Below, in pieces: positions 58,097 to 64,000 of a stretch of 64,000 nt of DNA (the stretch's first letter is position 1; each line of letters begins with the position of its first letter). Source of the stretch: PVC group bacterium (GTDB taxonomy: Bacteria; Omnitrophota; Gorgyraeia; B26-G9); NCBI GenBank assembly GCA_024231215.1, contig JAAEQR010000003.1, positions 22,660 through 86,659 on the forward strand. The letters are read 5' to 3'. Both the position numbers and the translations under genes were made by a program. Below the pieces are notes generated by a model. That model saw only the letters and a list, made by a program, of their open reading frames with translations. It ran no database searches and was not told the DNA's origin.

Positions 58097-60730
58097 GTGA
58101 AAAACGGGGTGCAGGTTTTGTTAGTAAAACATTCTAAAATATTGATTCTTACTAAGCTTTTTGTATTGCTTCTGGTGCAGGCGATGTTGATGACAAATAT
58201 TGTCTGGGCTGGAGGGTGGGAAGTCTTATGTCCAGATACCAGAGAAATGCTTGCTCCTACTCTTCAAATCAATAGCACTGTGATACAGGATAGTCTTGCT
58301 GCATTTAACCCTGAACATCCAACTAATCTGAAATATCTTTCCACAGAAGATGAAGTCTTTAAACTGTCCGAATATGTAAAACAACGTGTTCGGGAACTTG
58401 GATACCAGAATAGGGAGATAGATAAAATATCTAATAATTTGCTTGATCTTTTTCTATCTCAAAAAGATAACGGAGGAAGTGCAAGTTTATTGAAATTAAA
58501 GCAGCAGTTGGCAGTTTTGAAAGAATCAAAAGATAGTTTTCCGGCAGAAAGATTTGAAAATCAGGAGATGCAAATTATAATCCAGGTGATGGATATGATT
58601 ACTGCGGTTATCAAGCCTACTTATGATGAATTTGAGGGAATGTTTTTAGAAGATGTATTGAAAAATAAAAAGGCGCAGGGACTAGGCTATACGCAGTTGT
58701 TTTGTATTTTAGCCGGAGCCATCGGCTTGGAAGCATTTCCCGCATCGACAATGTATAATGTGGAAAATCTGGATAAGAAGTTTAATATGTTGAATTATGT
58801 CCGACTTATCACAGGAAAATTTGTTCGGGTCGATCTGATTAATACTCGATTACTGATAAAGGGGCCTTTTCTTTTAACGGAGGAATATTATATTAGAGAC
58901 AATTACTTTATCCCTTTGGAAAGTTCTGCAGATAAATCTTTGTACTCGTGTATTCGTATAGAGTCTTTTTCTAAACTACCAGCGTATATTTGGGATGTCA
59001 AAGGAGCTTTGGCCTATAGGAAGTTTAGCAAAGAAAAATATAAAGATGAGGAGAGTGTTTTAAGAAAGTTGGAACTTGCTAAAATAATCAAGATTTTTCT
59101 AAGAGCTAAAGCAATAGACCATGATGATTTATTAGTGCATTTACACTTAGCTAATATTTATGCTTTGACTGGAATTTATCAAAAGTCGGTTGAATACATA
59201 AGCACGGCAATTCAATTGACCAAACATATTTTTCCCCGAAAATTTGTGGCTGATTTATATCAATTTCGTGGGGAACTATATTTAGAAATGAAACGGAATC
59301 AAGAGGCAAGAAAAGACTTTGTTCAGGCGATTGAGTTAAATCCATTGTTAGAAAAGGAGATTTTAGAATGCTGGAAGGCTGAAACAAAGAAGCCATTTGC
59401 TTCGGCATTGAATAAAAACAGTAAGCCGGTAGTTAATATTGATGATTTAGTGCCGGCAATTGAACTGCCTGGCGCAAAGGGGAGGATTCTAAGCCACAAA
59501 GACAATGTACTATTGTTAGCAAAAGGTAAGATCCCAAAGGTAGGTTCCGGAAAATTTCGGGATAATGCCCTCAAACTTAAAAGGGCAAGCAGTTTTTTAA
59601 GAGAATATTATAAAAAAGAAGATAAATTTGGTGCTAAAGCTGAAATGCTTAAGAAAATCAGTATATCCGGAGTAGATATGAAAACCAATTTATTATATTA
59701 CGATCCTGTGTATAATTTATGTGTGCCGGCTCATATAGTCAGAAGAGCCCAACTGATTGAATTCTCCATGAAGTTTCTTGAACAGTGTGATGTAAAAACA
59801 GATAATGGTATTCGTCTCTTAGCTAAATATATTGACCAGGCAATTAAATTTTTTGTTAAATATGAACAACTTAAAAAAGAGGTCAGGAATAATCCGACAG
59901 ATTCAGATGCTATGTATGAAGCTTTGTTGCCCTTGACTAGGCTATATGAGAACAGGAAGCAGGGAAATATTTTTTCCAAAAAGGCGATGAGAAAAGTGCT
60001 GGCCGGCCTAATAGAAAAAGATAATATTATCGAACAGAAATTGAGCAAGAAAGTTGAGACGGCTGAACGAAAAGTAAAGAAAATGATAATGAATTTGGAA
60101 AAACAAATGCCGAACTTGCTGGGGTATCAAATCCGGGATAAGATTTTAAAAATTACTCCGTTATGTGAAAATATTGGCGAGGACCTGGACCAGGCTGGGA
60201 AGTTTGATGAAGCAAGAAAATATTATTTGGAGGTTGTACGACTGCTTAAATTATCCGAGTTGGATTTGGGTGCCTGGCCGGTAATGTGCCAGAAGAGAAT
60301 TACTTACTTTTTACTGGAACATGGGTTGTTTATTGAACTTATTGAATTGCTTGGTATATTTTGGGATCCGGATGAATTTATCCGGGACATTTCTCAGTTG
60401 CATGAAACAGAATCCGGATATTTGAAAAATATAGAGGGGAAAGAGAGAGCAGAATATTTGTTAGATCAACAGGGGCTGTGGAAAAATATTATAGAAGGAG
60501 ATCATTCTATTTTATGGAATGAGCTTTATTATCAAATGTCGGTACGGAAATCTCAAGCTAGTTTTGCTTTCGCTTTGGAAATTGAGTATCTTCAGAAAAA
60601 GGCAGAAGGATTATATGAAAAGTTATGCCGAAAATTAAGAGAATTGGATGCTCAGCATGAAAGAGGTAACGCGTGGAGAGAGAACGAGTTAGATTTATCG
60701 AATGATATCTTAGTGGAACAGGGAGTATGA
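58097..60730 (+). CDS. Tagged-family member 10: 877-aa protein with TPR repeats and a possible transglutaminase-core-like (SirB1-like) region
   Basis: Leader LLLVQAMLMTNIVWA, MLAPTLQIN box, C-terminus ILVEQGV. GLGYTQLFCILAGAIGLEA..LNYVRL..VRVDL is followed by TPR-like LHLANIYALTGIYQKSVEYISTAIQL..RKDFVQAIELNP. The true start may be the TTG at 58118. Confidence 0.75.
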   Translation: MKNGVQVLLVKHSKILILTKLFVLLLVQAMLMTNIVWAGGWEVLCPDTREMLAPTLQINSTVIQDSLAAFNPEHPTNLKYLSTEDEVFKLSEYVKQRVRELGYQNREIDKISNNLLDLFLSQKDNGGSASLLKLKQQLAVLKESKDSFPAERFENQEMQIIIQVMDMITAVIKPTYDEFEGMFLEDVLKNKKAQGLGYTQLFCILAGAIGLEAFPASTMYNVENLDKKFNMLNYVRLITGKFVRVDLINTRLLIKGPFLLTEEYYIRDNYFIPLESSADKSLYSCIRIESFSKLPAYIWDVKGALAYRKFSKEKYKDEESVLRKLELAKIIKIFLRAKAIDHDDLLVHLHLANIYALTGIYQKSVEYISTAIQLTKHIFPRKFVADLYQFRGELYLEMKRNQEARKDFVQAIELNPLLEKEILECWKAETKKPFASALNKNSKPVVNIDDLVPAIELPGAKGRILSHKDNVLLLAKGKIPKVGSGKFRDNALKLKRASSFLREYYKKEDKFGAKAEMLKKISISGVDMKTNLLYYDPVYNLCVPAHIVRRAQLIEFSMKFLEQCDVKTDNGIRLLAKYIDQAIKFFVKYEQLKKEVRNNPTDSDAMYEALLPLTRLYENRKQGNIFSKKAMRKVLAGLIEKDNIIEQKLSKKVETAERKVKKMIMNLEKQMPNLLGYQIRDKILKITPLCENIGEDLDQAGKFDEARKYYLEVVRLLKLSELDLGAWPVMCQKRITYFLLEHGLFIELIELLGIFWDPDEFIRDISQLHETESGYLKNIEGKERAEYLLDQQGLWKNIIEGDHSILWNELYYQMSVRKSQASFAFALEIEYLQKKAEGLYEKLCRKLRELDAQHERGNAWRENELDLSNDILVEQGV

Positions 60731-60733
60731 GGG

Positions 60734-60778
60734 AAGTTACAGGTAAAGAGTGGCAAGTAAAGGGTGACAAATTACAAG
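60734..60778 (+). repeat. Tandem AGTKRCAAGT-type motif block immediately after the last cluster stop codon
   Basis: AAGTTACAGGTAAAG, AGTGGCAAGTAAAG and GGTGACAAATTACAAG in tandem. GTGACAAATTAC (60764-60775) differs by 1 nt from 49184-49195. Confidence 0.4.
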
Positions 60779-60862
60779 ATTCAGCATATTTTTACTTATC
60801 CCATTGTAAATAATTTGGTTATGTAATAAAGATAGTGTTTGGTATTATAGTTAAATAAGTCC

Positions 60863-60891
60863 TTGATTTTGTATTTTTAATTAGTTATAAT
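60863..60891 (+). promoter_or_regulatory. Sigma70-type promoter of nifJ (TTGATT-17 nt-TATAAT)
   Basis: TTGATT at 60863-60868 and TATAAT at 60886-60891. Confidence 0.6.
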
Positions 60892-60979
60892 ATTTTTTTA
60901 AGTAGGTGGCTTTTTGTCTCTAATCAAAACATAAAGAGGTCCGTAGGGACCTGTTATTTTTTTATAAGGAGGGAAATAG

Positions 60980-63900
60980 ATGGCACGAAGAAAAATTGCA
61001 ATGGATGGAAATACCGCGGCGGCATATGTCGGCCACGCGACTAATGAGGTAATTGCTATTTACCCAATTACTCCTTCTTCTGGTATTGGTGAAATGGCTG
61101 ATGCTAAATCAGCTAAAGGTGAAAAGAATATATGGGGACAAATTCCGGTTGTATCCGAATTACAGTCCGAAGGCGGGGCTTCTGGAGCAGTGCACGGGGC
61201 TTTAAGTGCGGGTAGTTTGACGACTACATTTACTGCGTCTCAGGGGCTTTTACTTATGCTTCCGAATATGTTTAAGATTTCCGGAGAGCTTACTCCGGCA
61301 GTGTTTTATGTTACCGCACGTACAGTAGCATCGCATGCGTTATCTATTTTTTGTGATCATTCGGATATTATGGCTGCACGTTCTACGGGGTTTGGTGTTT
61401 TGTTTGGAGGTAGTGTGCAGGAAGTCATGGATATGGGTTTGATTGCTCAAGCGGCAACCTTAGAAGCTCGCGTTCCTTTACTTATGTCTTTTGACGGGTT
61501 CCGGACTTCGCATGAAATTCAGAAAATTGAAGAGCTTACATTTGATGATATGCGTCAGGTGATAAAAGATGAGTATGTGCAGGCACATCGCAGCCGTGCG
61601 CTTAATCCTGATTGTCCGACGATAAAAGGAACTTCTCAGAACCCGGATGTATTTTTTCAGGAAAGAGAGACGGTTAATCCGTATTATGATAAAGCAGCTT
61701 CTGTTATTCAGGGCGTAATGGATCGTTTTGCTAAAGTTGTTGGTCGTCAATATAAGTTATTTGATTATTTCGGAGCGCCGGATGCAGAGCGTGTGATTGT
61801 AATTATGGGATCCGGAAGCGGTGCAGTGCTTGAGACAGTAGAAGAGATGAATAAAAACGGAGAGAAGGTCGGGATGGTTAAAGTTAATGTATATCGTCCT
61901 TTTTGCGTAGAAAGCTTTGCCAAAGCATTACCGGAAAGTGTAAAAAAGATTTCTGTATTAGATAGAACTAAAGAACCGGGTGCAATAGGAGAGCCTTTAT
62001 ATATTGATGTTCGTTCTGCAATTGGAGAGGCTTTAGAAATTGGTATTGCTACATTTAAAGAATGGCCGGTGATTGTCGGAGGTAGATACGGTTTAGGTTC
62101 TAAGGAATTCAATCCTTGTATGGCAAAAGCAGTGTTTGACAGTCTAAAAGGTGAAAAGGCTAAAAATCATTTTACTGTTGGGATTAATGATGATGTGACT
62201 AAAACAAGTATTGAATTTGATACTTGTTTTTCAGCTGAAGATGTAGATACGTTCCGCGGGGTGTTTTACGGGTTAGGGTCTGATGGTACTGTTGGTGCAA
62301 ACAAAAATTCGATAAAAATAATCGGTGAGTTGACTGATAATTACGTGCAGGGATTTTTTGTCTATGATTCTAAAAAAGCTGGTTCACGAACGGTATCCCA
62401 TCTGAGATTTGGCAAGAAACCAATCAACAGTACTTATTTGATTCAGCAGGCTAATTTCGTTGCTTGTCATAACTTTAGCTTTTTGGAAAAGTACGATATG
62501 CTTTCCGGGGCTGATGAAGGAGCTACTTTCTTGCTGGCAAGCCCGTATGGCAAAGATGAAGTTTGGGATAAGATGCCAAAAGAAGTGCAAAAACAGATCA
62601 TTGATAAAAAGATAAAATTTTATGTTATTGCGGCATATGACCTGGCGAAAAAGATAGGGTTAGGGGCTAGAATAAATGTGATAATGCAGACTGCGTTTTT
62701 TAAGATTAGTAATATTATTCCGACAGATGACGCAGTAAAGGCGATCAAAGATGCGATTAAGAAAACCTATGGGAAAAAAGGTGATAAGATTGTAGAGATG
62801 AATAATAAGGCGGTTGATGTGGGCTTAAACGCGATGGAAGAGGTGAAAGTTCCGGCAGAGGCTACCAGTAAGATAACTATTCCAGATATAGTTCCGAATG
62901 ATGCGCCTGAATTTGTGAAGAATGTAACTTCTCAGATCATCTCTTGTCGTGGAGATGATTTGCCGGTATCCGCGTTTCCAGTAGACGGAACTTGGCCGAC
63001 TGCTACTTCTAAGTTTGAAAAGCGTAATATTGCGGTGCAAATACCGGAGTGGATCCCGGATTTGTGTATTCAGTGTGGACAATGCAGTTTTGTGTGTCCA
63101 CATGGTGTTATCCGAATGAAAATATATGATTCAGATCTGGTCAAAAGTGCTCCGGAAAAATTCAAGAGTTCTAAAGCTACAGGAAAAGGATTGGATAATA
63201 AATCGTTTACTTTACAGGTGGCCCCGGAAGATTGTACGGGTTGCGGAGTTTGTGTGAATAAATGTCCGGCTTTGGAAAAAGATGCAGATAAACAACCTAC
63301 CGGGAAAAAGGCGATCAATATGGTCTCTCAGGTTGAATTGAGAGATCAGGAAAAGAAGAATTTTGAATTTTTCTTGTCTATCCCGGATATGAAGGTAAAA
63401 GATTTACCGATTGGTATTGATACAGTAAAAGGGGCACAGCTTATGCGTCCTTTGTTTGAGTTCTCCGGTGCTTGTGCAGGTTGCGGAGAGACTCCTTATG
63501 TTAAGCTGATGACCCAATTGTTTGGAGACCGGGCGATTATTGCTAATGCAACAGGATGCTCTTCTATTTATGGGGGAAATCTACCGACTACACCTTATTG
63601 TGTGACAGAAGATGGTAGAGGTCCTACCTGGTCAAATTCTTTATTTGAAGATAACGCTGAATTCGGGTTTGGTATGAAGCTGGCAGTTGAGCAGCTTACC
63701 GAACGCGCACGTGCACTGTTGAAGGAGGTGAATTCAGATAGTTTAACTGAGGATGTTCTATCAGCTGAGCAAAAAACTCATCAGCAGATAGAAGAACAGC
63801 GTGAACGCATTGCGAAGTTGAAAGAAATACTGGCTAAGAAGTCTAATGATCCTAAAGTAAAAGAATTACTTGGCATCATAGATTATTTAGCCCAAAAGAG

Positions 63901-64000
63901 CGTTTGGATACTTGGCGGTGACGGATGGGCTTATGATATTGGTTATGGTGGACTTGATCATGTATTGGCATCTGGAAAAAATGTAAATGTTCTGGTGCTT
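60980..64000 (+). CDS. nifJ: Pyruvate:ferredoxin (flavodoxin) oxidoreductase, single-polypeptide NifJ/PFOR type; 3' end outside the window
   Basis: This ORF is not in the supplied track because it is open to the window end. My translation from the ATG at 60980 gives MARRKIAMDGNTAAAYVGHATNEVIAIYPITPSSGIGEMAD. Two ferredoxin motifs (CIQCGQCSFVCPH, CTGCGVCVNKCP) lie at about 63.07-63.27 kb and the TPP motif GGDGWAYDIGYGGLDH at about 63.91 kb. AAGGAGGG Shine-Dalgarno sequence. Confidence 0.9.
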   Translation, partial: MARRKIAMDGNTAAAYVGHATNEVIAIYPITPSSGIGEMADAKSAKGEKNIWGQIPVVSELQSEGGASGAVHGALSAGSLTTTFTASQGLLLMLPNMFKISGELTPAVFYVTARTVASHALSIFCDHSDIMAARSTGFGVLFGGSVQEVMDMGLIAQAATLEARVPLLMSFDGFRTSHEIQKIEELTFDDMRQVIKDEYVQAHRSRALNPDCPTIKGTSQNPDVFFQERETVNPYYDKAASVIQGVMDRFAKVVGRQYKLFDYFGAPDAERVIVIMGSGSGAVLETVEEMNKNGEKVGMVKVNVYRPFCVESFAKALPESVKKISVLDRTKEPGAIGEPLYIDVRSAIGEALEIGIATFKEWPVIVGGRYGLGSKEFNPCMAKAVFDSLKGEKAKNHFTVGINDDVTKTSIEFDTCFSAEDVDTFRGVFYGLGSDGTVGANKNSIKIIGELTDNYVQGFFVYDSKKAGSRTVSHLRFGKKPINSTYLIQQANFVACHNFSFLEKYDMLSGADEGATFLLASPYGKDEVWDKMPKEVQKQIIDKKIKFYVIAAYDLAKKIGLGARINVIMQTAFFKISNIIPTDDAVKAIKDAIKKTYGKKGDKIVEMNNKAVDVGLNAMEEVKVPAEATSKITIPDIVPNDAPEFVKNVTSQIISCRGDDLPVSAFPVDGTWPTATSKFEKRNIAVQIPEWIPDLCIQCGQCSFVCPHGVIRMKIYDSDLVKSAPEKFKSSKATGKGLDNKSFTLQVAPEDCTGCGVCVNKCPALEKDADKQPTGKKAINMVSQVELRDQEKKNFEFFLSIPDMKVKDLPIGIDTVKGAQLMRPLFEFSGACAGCGETPYVKLMTQLFGDRAIIANATGCSSIYGGNLPTTPYCVTEDGRGPTWSNSLFEDNAEFGFGMKLAVEQLTERARALLKEVNSDSLTEDVLSAEQKTHQQIEEQRERIAKLKEILAKKSNDPKVKELLGIIDYLAQKSVWILGGDGWAYDIGYGGLDHVLASGKNVNVLVL

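Noticed and set aside
33021-60730. The idea that the tagged proteins are lipoproteins, because several have a Cys shortly after the leader (ISWAC, AADC, HQTC, EVLC)
   Set aside because: The residues preceding the Cys do not form an L-[AS]-[GA]-C lipobox. Five members have no Cys in that position at all.
60937-60964. A hairpin (aggtcc-gtag-ggacct) plus T-run in the nifJ leader as an attenuator
   Set aside because: It is only a 6-bp stem in a very T-rich leader, with no alternative pairing or leader ORF. That is too weak to call more than a possible mRNA 5' stabiliser.
106-63318. About 60 short minus-strand or alternative-frame ORFs in the supplied track (60-200 aa), for example 106-405, 4421-4933, 5348-5737, 6827-7429, 29964-30359, 37319-37669, 49718-50194, 61478-62112 and 62825-63318
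   Set aside because: Every one lies inside a much longer ORF carrying recognisable family motifs on the opposite strand or in another frame. Their translations are low-complexity and rich in Ile, Ser, Phe and Leu, as expected for antisense reading of AT-rich genes. None has a Shine-Dalgarno sequence or promoter that I could see.
1-64000. rRNA, tRNA, CRISPR arrays, transposases, integrases or phage genes
   Set aside because: I scanned the intergenic regions over 80 nt by eye and saw no tRNA-like T-arm or acceptor pattern and no regularly spaced repeats. No ORF has DDE, tyrosine or serine recombinase or phage structural motifs. The 33-60 kb cluster therefore has no visible mobility signature in this window. 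I did not compute its base composition against the flanks.

Overview
This is a 64-kb window from an AT-rich bacterium. It is probably diderm (Omp85-type and other beta-barrel genes) and probably anaerobic (Rex, pyruvate:ferredoxin oxidoreductase). I cannot assign taxonomy from the sequence alone. Almost every gene is on the + strand. All domain calls below come from reading motifs in the supplied translations; no searches were run.

Positions 1-33 kb look like ordinary chromosomal backbone:
- the typA 3' end, cspA, and two ABC-F ATPases
- an OmpR/histidine-kinase pair followed by a large secreted beta-propeller protein
- a LarE-MnmA-ThiF sulfur-transfer trio
- RNA methyltransferases, a DEAD-box helicase, and a FIST protein
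- rex-serC-serA with a Rex operator in its own promoter
- a patatin-POTRA-Omp85 (type Vd-like) protein
- a sensor-less sigma54 activator, a stand-alone ACT protein, and a TraF/PorV-like beta-barrel

Positions 33.0-60.7 kb are the stand-out region. Ten consecutive + strand genes (416 to about 1850 aa, about 27.7 kb) plus one distal paralog at 15.25 kb encode proteins that share a bipartite tag. The N-terminal part is a leader with a conserved Gln in its hydrophobic core, followed by an L-[SA]-P-x-[LIV]-x-hydrophobic box. The C-terminal part is a hydrophobic extreme terminus ending in [A/G/S]-[I/V]. No other complete protein in the window has both.

The tagged proteins carry unrelated payloads. 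These include a deiminase-like fold, a PEP-utilising-enzyme fold, a DHH phosphoesterase, a patatin phospholipase, multi-TM and coiled-coil proteins, and a giant helical-repeat protein. They are transcribed from six near-identical consensus promoters. I interpret this as a candidate, undescribed cargo-tagging or effector system.

The window ends inside nifJ. I saw no rRNA, tRNA, CRISPR array, transposase or integrase.
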